A DNA stretch of 20,000 nucleotides, from assembly GCA_010093705.1 (NCBI GenBank), contig MU006110.1, positions 312,671 to 332,670 on the forward strand. Direction: 5' to 3'. Below are positions 9,401-20,000 of this stretch, in pieces. Both the position numbers and the translations under genes were made by a program. Under the pieces are notes generated by a model, which was not told where the DNA came from, made no database searches, and saw only the letters and a list, made by a program, of their open reading frames with translations. Origin of the DNA: Patellaria atrata CBS 101060 (lineage: Eukaryota). Numbering within the stretch: the stretch's first letter is position 1; each line of letters begins with the position of its first letter.

Positions 9401-12029
9401 ATCCGAACACACGTATCCAAATATATGCAGAATCGAGTTCTTCCCATCCTCATCCAACCTGCCGTCGTCAATAAACCCCCAACACCTTATCAAGTGTCGC
9501 AAAAGCCGACGCTGGGTCAGCCACGAGTGCTGCACATTATCCTCGGGTGCATGTCTGCCTACACACTTTATAGCCACCCCCGCCATCTCTGAATCCCATT
9601 CTTGGTTCACTACATGCACCGTCCATGAGTGAACACAGCTGTGCATCCCGTACCCCTGAGACTCGACCACATTTCCTTTAGAGGACTTGTCCACATCTAT
9701 CAACCCGTAGTCACAGAGCACCCTTACTGCCTTGGTGAAAGTCAGCTCATCCTCTGTTAGTTGATAAAGCCACTGTGGCCCACCAGTTCTCCCTTCTCTC
9801 AGAAGCTCAAACCAGAGGTCCTGGTTGTCAAAGTATGCCCATAGCTGAAGTAGCTTGGATGCTATCTCGCTCTGCTGCTTGATGTGATCTAAAGAAAGCT
9901 GCCATGTCGAGTACAGTTGTCGGTCTTCGTATGTGCTTACTTCAGGGCTCATTTGTTGTAGCCTTCGCCATGACGCCCGGTACAGACAGAGGTAGTCGGC
10001 AAAGCTTGTCGCCACCTGATAAAGGTAGGCGCCTGCCGTAGCCAAGGCCAGCGGTAGTCCATCCAGCTCTCTAGCAAGCTCGGCGGCATTAGGATCTGAA
10101 AGGCGTTAGCGTTGCGTCTACAGCGCAGTACAGCGCAGGAATTCAAACAACTCACCGTCTATCACACCCTCGCGATGCGATATATTAGACAGGATCTGCA
10201 GACTATGGCGGACGTCTTCTAACTTGCCCACCTTCACGCGATAGCCCATATTGACCTTCGATGACCTTGTCGTGATGATTACCGAGCCGTGGTGCGCTTC
10301 AGGCAGAAACTGCCGGATATCGACTGCACCAGGATCCACGTTGCCTGGCACCTTAGGGTTGTCGTAGTTATCGAACACAATTAACCACTGTGTGTTCTTA
10401 GGATGCTCCAGCCACCGTTTAGCCGCTGCCACCACTTCATCTTGCTTCTTGTCATCTGTGAAAACACCTAACCGACTGGCTGATGGGCAGTCCTGTAAGA
10501 TCCGCTTTACTAGCCGCAAGTAGCTCTGCTTCACCGACACTTCGTCTTTAATGTTCAGCCAGAATATCGCTGAATAGTTGTCTCGATGGGCCTTGATGTA
10601 TGCAATCGCCAGCTGCGTCTTCCCGATCCCGCCTAGGCCATGTAGAGTGACTGCTTGACGACCGGTGCCCTCACTAAGCGTCTTGTGCATTGCAGTGAGC
10701 TCCGCTTGTCTCGCAACAAAGTGATTGGTCTCAGAGACCTCAGATAAGCTAAAGACGACAGAAAAGCTCTTTTCAGCATTGCTTCGAGCTATAGACAGTT
10801 ACTGTTATCGCTATTATCGATAACTATATACAAGGGCTACATACCCGCATCAATCCTAATCTCTTCTTCCCATCGTAGGCTGATGACGCTGCCTGCACTT
10901 CTAACCATAGTAATCAAATGGCCTGAAACTTTCTCATAGTCGTTATTCTCTTTCGACTCGAACTTGACCATTTCTTTATGGTCCGCATGGATCATGATCT
11001 GCTCTGCGTCGGTTGCACCTGGAACGACTGCGGATGCTTTTGGCACCACCTGTATCATCAGTACTTGCGATACCTGCGGTCAACGTGAAGGCATACCATG
11101 ATTGAACGACCTAGCGCCGTCGGAGTCTCGTACTCCTCGTAAACAAACTTCGTCATAAACTCCCCACTGATCGGCCCGTACTGTCTAAGCTGCTGCTGGA
11201 GCCATTCCGAGTCTCGCTCCAAATGCTCTAGCAGCCGGCTGGTGGTGGCCTTGTATACCGATGCCGCATTCACCAGCAGCTTTCCGAACTGCACTCCGTT
11301 GCCGCCCTGGTGAGGTGTACCTATGAACATGATTCCGTACGTCGACGTCTTAATCGACCGGTGCTCTTCTAGTGCGCCTTTCCGCGCCGCGTCCGAGTGA
11401 ATGAGAGCCTGGGCTTGATCAGCTGTGTATGCGACAGAGAGGAGCAAGACTGACGCCTTTGACGATGATGCCACCCAGGCTGTGCGCCACAAAGATTATC
11501 GGTCGTTTCGTGGTCTTCTGCTGTCAGAACCACATCTTATGAGTGTCCGCTCTTATCTCACATTTGTACGTTTTCTCCTGAGGCAGAGATCTGACACTAG
11601 CTGCTCTGCATGATCGTGGAGGAATTGGTGGCTAACACGCTTGCCGTGCGTGTTCGCATCGTATCCCCAGCAGAATATGCGTGCATTTGGAATGTCCTTT
11701 GGTAGGAGATCGCGGAGCCAGTGGGTGCCGTTCGCTGCCGTCCAGGTCTCGTCGCGGTGCCCGTTCAAGCCATGGACAGCAACGATGCTGGGCACTGTCA
11801 GTACGGGCTCTTGTGATGCTACGGATGGCTTACTCCACCACCGGCTGCTCTCCCTCCGCCACGACCTTGAGACCATGGGCAGATGCTTTAGACGGTTCCC
11901 GTGGCTTCGATGAGCTGCCAGCCTGCTACAGCGTCAGCCTGACAGAGGCAGAGTATCAGGGTCGATAATTACAGAGTTCTGACGATTCTTCCGGAATGGA
12001 TTCAGTCGCTGCAATCTAGAGCCCATCAT
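8205..12029 (-). CDS. Fungal NLR: SesB-like alpha/beta-hydrolase, NB-ARC, TPR; 8 exons; premature stop
   Basis: Introns 11972-11926, 11833-11788, 11561-~11518, 11454-11409, 11096-11050, 10844-10789, 10155-10096. Hydrolase motifs VDIVAVHGLNG, AHSLGG, GTPHQG, ADHKEM. NB-ARC motifs GLGGIGKT, LIVFDNYD, IITTR, GLPLAL. Confidence 0.9.
8548..9125. other. Assembly gap (578 N) inside the TPR array
   Basis: Run of N flanked on both sides by the same repeat unit. Confidence 1.
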
Positions 12030-12715
12030 GGTTCGAACGCAGGATTCAACGATATCGCCAATGCTAAAAATTCGTGAGAACTGCTGGGTTCCATCGTACT
12101 GGGCAGCCTGTATTAACATTTAACACTGTCGGTTCAGCTGCGGGGCGCCGCCAATCCATGGCGCGGACGCAGTCAGCCCCCAGCGCCGCCTCTGTCACGT
12201 CCGCGCCGCGAGTGGGTGGGGGCCGAACTGCGCACAACAATCGTTCCATCGAAAGTTGTCGACGTACATTCACCTGAATATATGGTAACGATTATGTACG
12301 ACGTGAGGGATGGTTTTGCACTAGCCGGGATTGGAAACTTCTCTGATCGGAAGTACCAACTAGGGTGACGACCTTACATGATTTGCGCGCCATAGTAGAC
12401 ACAAGGCTAGTGATGACTTCCCAACATCGTAGTAAGGTTCTAGGGACTAGATAGGACCGCTAATAAACATTATGGAGTGATAAGAGCTTAACGGTGGTAC
12501 TATAGGGAAGAAACTCTATTTCGCTATCGAAGGAGGTTCTCTGCGAATCAGGCACGGAAGTAACAATACGTAACGTTATTTTAGATAGAAGGGGTCCTAG
12601 ATATCTAGGAGTAGTTATAGCACATAATTCATGTAGGATTATAATGAATATCAACATGTAAGGAATGACTAGGCGAGTTGAGATAGATACCTAACTGAAT
12701 TGATCCCATAAATGA

Positions 12716-14803
12716 CTAGAAAGTATCCTCGAATTTACGCTTACTCGGAACAGTTGGTAATGGCTTTTGAGCTACATGATCAGCCGTCCCAAATGGAGCG
12801 TAAAGACCTTGAGCTTCGATAAGATTCGAAACACTTCTTGGGAGGCCACTTAGCATCCGTGGTTTAGAAGTAATACCTAGAATCGAAATGCAGATTATAT
12901 CATTCAGAGTAGCCACAGAAAACCGTAGACGTCGTCCGTATGGAGGAGCGCCACGTGGAACCCGTTCCACACATGGAAATGAAGAGCCCATGAACAGAAA
13001 GTATGAGGAAGTTCTCCGTAGCGCGTTGTAAAGAGCGACCGTCCCCTCTTTGTTCAATTCCATGCGGCAGTACACCATACCCTCACAGAGGTATTGTCCA
13101 TCGCTAAAAGTCGGAGTCGAAACAAGTTCAAAGTAGAACATAGAGGCAAGTATAGAGTCCAGGATGCGAGGAACCTCAGAGTCTACTTTAAGTGACAATG
13201 AAACTTTGTCTTTGATGCCCTCCATCGATTGTACATCATCTAAAGTAGGTTCCAAATCGGTAAACGTTACGTTAAGTCGGTGGTAACGCCACTGAGATTC
13301 CCTAGGAAGCGAGAGCTTGAATCTTCGCCATGCATCCTCACCATCCATTGTCTTCATCAATGTGTCCAGGAGGCGGTACGCAAATCTACGGTTCACAGGT
13401 GATTGTGGACCGACAGTAATCGAGTTAGAGCACATACCAGTCCCAAGGGACAACACAAAATCGGGATCAGCTTTGTCGGGCCACAAACATCTGGTCTCCC
13501 AGTATCCAATATCAATCGGATTATTGTGTCGAAGTCCACCATCTTGATACGTGCCAAGGTTTCGTAGAAATTTTGGCCGGAAGTACCAAGGCGCGGCGGA
13601 TGTGCAAGATGCCCTTTGAAAAAAGTTAATGGACTCATGCTACTATGAGTTGAGGATTACTTGCGCGTCACTAATCGTCATGTCATGTTCCGAATCTAAT
13701 GCTCGGATAACTTGATAACCTAAATGATTTATTAGAGGCGATACGAAGAAGACTGTGGAATTTGGTGACTACCTTTAGTAGGAGACCTGGGTAGCCCGTT
13801 GTAATTCGCTATGAGACAAGGCATGGTGCCCCGAGCCGTTGTAGTTGTGACTGCTACTTTAGTCTGACAGCGCAATGGGTTGAACATTTTGACCGGAGTG
13901 TTCTCAGTCGAACGAAAGATTTGCTCAATAGCGCTTGAGTCGTATCTATAATCGTTAATATATGAGAGCAGTAGGTGCTGTATCCCTGCTAGAGACAAGA
14001 ATGACTTGTTGCCGTGTTTGAATGTTTGAAGTGCAAGGTGTTCAAAATTCTTAACGCATTCCTGGATAGGCCACCGCATGGTCATCAAACCAAGGCTGAT
14101 CAAACCACCAGTAGACGTTCCACAGACGTAGTCAAATGCGTCTCTTATACAGCAACCGAACTCATTAAGGGCGGAGTCGAAATATTCCAGGAACTTTAGA
14201 GGAGCTATGCCTCGAACGCCTCCTCCATCAATACTTAGCATTCGGATGCCTGCAGTCGGAGGTATGAATTGGAACACATCATCTTGATTAGAATGCCCGC
14301 AAAGTGGACAAAGTGAGATGATGAATTGAAATTTCGACGTCCTGGAGCGCTTGCCGACGGTCTTTATACAGGTATCACACACCGCGTGTGCGCAATCGAA
14401 GACCTTCTCTGGTGAGCGCATAAGACAACAAAAACAACTCTTGTTGCTCTTGAGCTCAGGAAACCGGGTATGTAACGAGCGAAGGCACTCTAGGTGTAGC
14501 TCAACCACACTTATGGGGGGTTTATTTGAGTTGTAGAGACGGATGAATTCACTTTCCGTCTCCGTGAGAAACTTAACATGAACATCCTCGTGTATAGTGT
14601 AACTACGAATGGCTTGCTGACAGGCTTTTCGACACAATCGGTCGAATAAAAGAGCAGGGGGAAAAGCTACATGGGATAGCATTAGTATTACGAATGCAAA
14701 TGAGAAGCGCCATATATACCATGAGAATTAGCGGGATAGTTGGCCAAGAAAAGACACGATGCCGTGAGCGGAACAACGACATGCCAGAGCCAGGCTTGGC
14801 TGG
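12716..14803 (-). pseudogene. RING-finger + patatin-like phospholipase, 3' part; interrupted at 14803/14804 by copia
   Basis: Exons 14803-14720, 14666-13773, 13719-13665, 13613-12716; motifs DGGGVRG, GTSTG, CTSAAP, YQDGG; C3HC4-like pattern at 14299-14436; no stops in the visible part. Confidence 0.88.
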
Positions 14804-15012
14804 TGTCAGATTTGTGATGCACAAATCGATGGGGGGATATCGCTTGATTGTTTAATGACTGTTCTAACGAGCGTTTAAATACATGAGAACATGCAGGCAA
14901 CAGCGTTGATACCTACTAGGCAGCTGTGTCAAAGGAATGGTGCTAATAGCTAGCGTAAGGCAGTAGGAAATATACTTGATTATCCGTTACTACTAACTTC
15001 TTCAGTCTGACA
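14804..15012 (-). repeat. 3' LTR, 209 bp
   Basis: TGTCAGA..TCTGACA termini; 14804-14880 identical to 19924-20000. Confidence 0.95.
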
Positions 15013-15021
15013 CACCCTTCC
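15013..15021 (-). promoter_or_regulatory. Polypurine tract GGAAGGGTG
   Basis: Abuts the 3' LTR, just after the pol stop. Confidence 0.75.
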
Positions 15022-15033
15022 AGCTCGAGAGGC

Positions 15034-18000
15034 CTAGAGAGGGACTACTCGTGCTGTATAACCGTTTTGGGTCTTCTTTCTTGAATCGAGCTGTTCGACG
15101 TGATGCTGGATATCCGTCATTCCTAACTGTAGGAGGAAGTGTTGATGCTTCTGTGGAGGTAACAATTTGGTGAATCCGTCAGCTGGCATCTCAGCTGTAG
15201 GCTTCCAGTTGACGGCAATGGTACCGTTTTGGACCTCTTGACGTAGCCAGTGTTGGTGAATATCTACGTGTCGAAGTTTAGTTGTGAGTTGAGGCGTATC
15301 AGCCTCAAGAAGCCGTATAGTTTGGCGATTGTCGCAGAAAATTGAGATCTGTTGTTCTGGATCGAAATCAATATGATCAAAAAGGCGTTTCCACGAGATC
15401 AGCTCTCTAGCTGTTAAAGAGAGCGATAGCAGTTCAGCTTCCGTGCTTGACGTGGTGACCGTATCTTGCTTTGAAGCTTTCCAATCAATTGGTCCACCAA
15501 ATAACGAAAATAGATAGCCCTGACTACTTTTGCGATCTATAGTATCATCAGCAAATGATGCATCTGAGGCAACTACGAAGATCGTGCTATCCTGTGGCTC
15601 GTTGCTATACCCAATGGAGCAAAATCTAGTATGGTATAGGTAACAAATAGCTTGTTTTGCCGCTTTGATATGTCGTTCCGACGGATTGGTGAGGTATTTC
15701 GACAGTTCTGAAGCTGCTTTAGCTACGTCAGGTCTTGTTGTTGAGGCTGGCCAAATAATTGAGCCAACTAACTGCTGGTAAAGGCGAATTTGAGAAGGAG
15801 ATGCCTGAGTTGTGGACCGTTCTAAAACACCAGATGGAAGCGGTGTTCGTGGAACTTTTCCGTCGAATTCGATCAGTTTGAATTTTGAGAAGATATTCTC
15901 AAGATAGGCATCTTGACAGAGCCATAGCTTACGTGCGTCTAGGTCACGTACGATACGGATACCTAGGAAGTACTGAAGATCTCCAAGATCTTTCATCGGA
16001 TACTGAGCCATTAGTTTGGATTTGAACTCTTTTAGTTCTTCAGAATAGTATGCTGAGCAAAGTAAAACTATATCGTCCACATAGAAAAATACGGTTAGCC
16101 AGTCATTCGTATACAGGCAATTGACACCTGATACTTCAGATAGACCCAGATCTTCAAGGGACCTAGATAGTGTCTTCCACCAAAGTAGAGGAGATCTTTT
16201 AAGACCATATAGGGCTCGTTTGAGGTGAAGAACGGATCCAGGGGTTGTAAATCCGTTAGGTGGGATGCAGTATACCTCTTCGTCAAGTGGGCTGTTTACA
16301 AAGGCGTTTACAGCATCTAAATGGTGAGCTATTAGGCCAAAAGCAGCTGCAATCGATAGCATAGCTCGCATAGTACGTATAGCTAGAGTAGCAGCATAGG
16401 TATCCAGATCTGTGTATTGCAAATCGCCTCTGACGCAAAGTCGCGCTTTGAACTTGGTTAGAAATCCCTCCTCGTCGTATTTGTATGTCCAAACCCAAGT
16501 CAGGGGAACTATCTGAGTTCCTTCTAGCAGATCGGATCTCCGTTCAACAGTAAACGTGCCACGACGCTGTAGTTCAGTATACTCCCGAGTGGCTGCTGTT
16601 AGCCAATCTTGCTTAAAAGGGTGATTAAGAGCTTGCTTCCAACCACCTGGTGCTGGGGGAAGCTGACTTCTATGTAGCCGGTTCGTTGGTTGGATTTCAC
16701 GTTTTTGGGAGGCTAAAAAGGAGGTAAATAGCGCGTTATGGTCCGTTCGGCCACGGCGACGTTTAGAAGTTAGTATATTTGATTCTGAAAAGTCAGACGA
16801 GATTAAATTAGCTCGTGGGGCCGTGTTTCGTGAACTTCTAGCATGAGCTGTGGTGTTTGACGAAGTGGAGGGGCTGGGCTCGTTTTGAGCCAAATCCTGA
16901 GTATCTTGAGTATCCCTTGCTAAATCTTGGGCAAGCTCCTGGGTGAGCTGATGGGACGGATCCTCAGGAGCCGAATCTAAGGCATCATAAAAGTCATGAT
17001 ACTGATCCAGAGGAGTTGCTACTTGTTGCTGGGGGTCAACACCATCTGGTGTAGCTCTCGGGCTAGGTAGGTAAGGATTGGGTGACCTTTGAGCGGATAT
17101 GGCGCTACTATTGGCCGATGGTATGGGACCATTTTTGGTTGTATCCTTAAGAGTAGGAACAAGCTTAGGGGCAACCCCTAATTCCGAAAAATCATCGTCA
17201 TTGTCTAGTATGGCTGGGAAATCTTCCTGCAAGGCCATAGCCCTGAGTTTGGCTGGTATCTCGATTATGTCGATGATATCTTCAGTGGATTCCTTCAAAA
17301 TGTGACCAATGTCGATGGCTTGAGGCCTATATAGCTCGTTTTCATCAAAACGAACGTCTCTTGAGGAGAAAACGCGTTTACGACTAGGAACCCAGATTCT
17401 GAAGATATTTGATGAGTCGTATCCAACTAGGTAGCCAATATGGGCACGTGGATCGAGTTTTTGAAGTTTGGGTATATCTTTCTTCAAAACATATGCTTTG
17501 CAACCGTATACTTTCAGGTGGCTAAGATCTGGTTTCCTACCAGTGACCATTTCGTACGGTGTTTTCCAGTTGAGCCGTTTCTGAGGAGTCCTATTAGCTA
17601 GATATACAGCTGTATTGATTGGTTCAATCCAGATATCGTGGGGTAAATTAGCACCAATTCGTAGAGAGCGAGCCTTTACTACCAACACCCTTCCAGAAGC
17701 TTCAGCACCTCCGTTTTGGGCCTGAGTGCCAGGGGCTGATGGTTCTGATATGCCACCTTCTGAGGCGAGTAGGTCGTAAAATTCTGCTGTAAGAGCACTC
17801 TCACCGTCACGTTCAAAATAGACAACTGTATGGTCAAATCGAGCTTTGATACGAGCAACGAAATATTTGCAAATCTGGCTAACTTGGCTTTTCCGAGTGT
17901 GAGATACGGCTTCGTGCCAGCCAGTGGCCCTATCATAGAAGTGAGATACGTATTTGCTTCCGTTATAACCACCTTTAAGGTAAATAAGGTCAAAAGCAAC

Positions 18001-19764
18001 TCGTTCAAAGGGTCTCGTTGCGGGTAAAGTGGCCCTTGGTCTTCGTGAAACAATCTCTGTTGATTTAGTCAAAGCGCAAGTTTCGCATTCGACTGTGGTA
18101 GGACCTCTGCCAAAGACTTCAGCTCCAGTCACGTTCGCTTGGAGATGTTCGAGGGTCTCAGGTCCTGGATGTGCGAGCATTTTATGCCATTTCTCAGCAG
18201 GGGCTGATATTGGCGGCCTCGGCTGAGCGGAGCGAGTTACCATAGCGACGCGCTGTTGATTGATGTCAAGCTCGACATGATGGAGTACGTATAGGGTGTC
18301 AATCAGGTAGATTTTACAAATTTCGTTTCCGTCTAAATCCTCAAAGATCCCTTTCCGTGCGTGGTGGAATACTCCTCGTTTTTGAGCTCGAGACTGTGAG
18401 ATCAGAGATGTTCTGAATTGTGGGCATAAATAGGCGTCGTTCATAGTGATATAGTCCCTTCCGTATGGTGTATCTACAGGGACTTCAAAGCTTCCGATGG
18501 CTTCAACTAGAACGGATCCAAAGCCCATTCCGAGCGTTAAACCTGGTTCTACTCGTTCGATCTTAAAGATGTCCGGATTGTTGCAAACGTGGACATCAGA
18601 CCCACCGTCTAGCAAGAAACTAGCTGAGAATTTGAAGGGCAAGTCGTTAGGGAGGCTCGTGGCCATCAGATTGACCTTTTTGCTTGAGGTTTCAGAGGAT
18701 TTGGAGTCGTTTTGCTGTTTTGACCCCTGAGAGGATTCCTTGAAAATTGACCGGATATTGTCAATAGTATACTTAACTCTATCGCTAGATTTCTGATACT
18801 TCTCTTCGACCTCTCGTTGAGTCTGATCAGAGTAGCTATTAGTCTTCTTGACAGCTGGATTGATGTAGGAACACGTATAGAATAGGTGTTTTTCTCCACA
18901 AAGGCATGTAGGTGGATCCCGCTTATCACCAGTGTGAGATTTCTTAGATTTCTCCTTTTTGTCAATGTTAGCTGTTGGGTTATTTGATTCTCCCTGAAAG
19001 GTGGCAAAAGCTGTGCTTGATGAGCCTGATCCAGAGTTACCCCCAACAGCCTAAACGGATCGGTAATAACTAGTGAATTCTGAGATAAGGTCATAGACGT
19101 CGTCGACATATTTCACGGTGTCTCTGGTTGGTGTAACTTCCTGAGTAATAGGTTGAGAGGTCAGTTTTGGTATGGATCTAATCTGTCTGTTAAGATCTTT
19201 CTGACAGGAAGTTGCCCATTGTGGATCTATCTTTTTGAGGCCTTCAAGTAGTTCGAACTCGAGCATATGGCCCTGATAGAGGGGATGGTTGGACGTTTTG
19301 CACTCAGTATAGACGGTTTCAAAACGTTGGAGCCAGTCAAGAACTGAGCTCTTTTTGATAGTTGATCTCAGACGGTAGATCCGGGCCTGAAGATCCAAAT
19401 AGGTGGCTCGATCGTCTGGTTGAAGTCTCTTCTTTAATTCAACAAGCCTTTCGTGAAGGGTATTCAGCCTGATGATAAAAACAAGATGTTGAGTTGACAC
19501 AGATTCGAACACAAAGTCAGATACGTTATCTAACTTGGTCTGAGCCTTTTCGAATTCTCTATACAGAATTCTATGATTTTCGACAGCAGCAGGGTCCTTA
19601 TCTGTCAGTTGATCTGGTGCGCTTAAAACAGGGGGTGAAGCATCATTTGGATCACAATACTTCCAGGCCGTGCCTGCTTTGCCCCTTATAAGGCCAATCC
19701 ACAAGTTCCAATCCGTCGAGGAGTTGAGAACAACAGTAGATTTGATAGTATTTGAAGACGACAT
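15034..19764 (-). CDS. Gag-Pol polyprotein, single frame with one internal TAG (19051-19053)
   Basis: ATG 19764 (MSSSNT). Zn knuckle CLCGEKHLFYTC; protease LLDGGSDVH; integrase WHKMLAH..CETC, AFDL, RDGE, NGGAE; RT YVDD; RNase H SDASFAD, TEAEL, ADGFTK. Confidence 0.93.
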
Positions 19765-19910
19765 TGTGGTAGCGGTTGGTATCAGAAAACCAGATAAAAA
19801 GGGAGGATATTTGAGCAAAGATAGGATCAAAAGAAGGTGAACTTGATACACCAAAGATCTAAAAGATAGACAAATATCCGATATAAACTGATTTTAGAAC
19901 CTAGGGCAAA

Positions 19911-19923
19911 CCGGGCTCATAAC
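19911..19923 (-). promoter_or_regulatory. Primer-binding site GTTATGAGCCCGG (initiator tRNA-Met anticodon arm)
   Basis: Directly adjacent to the 5' LTR; complement contains GGGCTCATAAC, the conserved tRNAiMet anticodon stem-loop. Confidence 0.85.
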
Positions 19924-20000
19924 TGTCAGATTTGTGATGCACAAATCGATGGGGGGATATCGCTTGATTGTTTAATGACTGTTCTAACGAGCGTTTAAAT
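19924..20000 (-). repeat. 5' LTR (partial, runs off window)
   Basis: 77/77 identity with the 3' LTR. Confidence 0.95.

Larger units (their letters stand above)
14804..20000 (-). mobile_element. Ty1/copia LTR retrotransposon (predicted 5329 bp, ending near 20132)
   Basis: Two LTRs 5120 bp apart, PBS, PPT, domain order gag-PR-IN-RT-RH. Confidence 0.97.

Noticed and set aside
11973..12029. Amyloid signalling motif at the NLR N-terminus
   Set aside because: No N/Q/G-rich pseudo-repeats; the N-terminus leads into an enzymatic hydrolase domain.
12064..12657. Short ORFs between NLR and patatin
   Set aside because: No motifs or convincing splice structure; likely promoter and terminator sequence.
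16095..18730. Small alternative-frame and antisense ORFs inside pol
   Set aside because: Shadow ORFs of the polyprotein with no independent evidence.
18666..19109. 147-aa ORF implying a gag-pol frameshift
   Set aside because: The Zn knuckle and pol are in the gag frame; this is a shadow frame.
19765..19854. N-terminal extension of the gag ORF
   Set aside because: Non-ATG start in the leader; the first ATG is at 19764.

Overview
Filamentous-ascomycete genomic DNA (46-61 nt introns with CTRAY-like branch points, RIP-like transitions) from a repeat-rich accessory region. Left 7 kb: compact cluster of small genes, comprising a 58-aa Cys-rich microprotein missed by the ORF track, a minimal Ser/Thr kinase, a coiled-coil ORF divergent from a pseudokinase, a Pro-rich/coiled-coil gene and a putative Zn-binding protein. 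Middle (minus strand): an 8-exon NLR (SesB-like alpha/beta-hydrolase, NB-ARC, near-identical 42-aa TPRs; 578-N gap). Its 3' end carries RIP-like stops and a 78-bp TG..CA insertion with a 5-bp TSD. Directly upstream on the same strand is a RING-finger + patatin phospholipase gene with a GC-AG intron, interrupted by a young Ty1/copia element (visible LTR parts identical, half-tRNAiMet PBS, one in-frame TAG in gag). Two further solo-LTR-like remnants occur. The gene content suggests an immunity/allorecognition-type island, possibly Starship cargo, but no captain gene is visible. All gene models were spliced by eye; no database searches were run.
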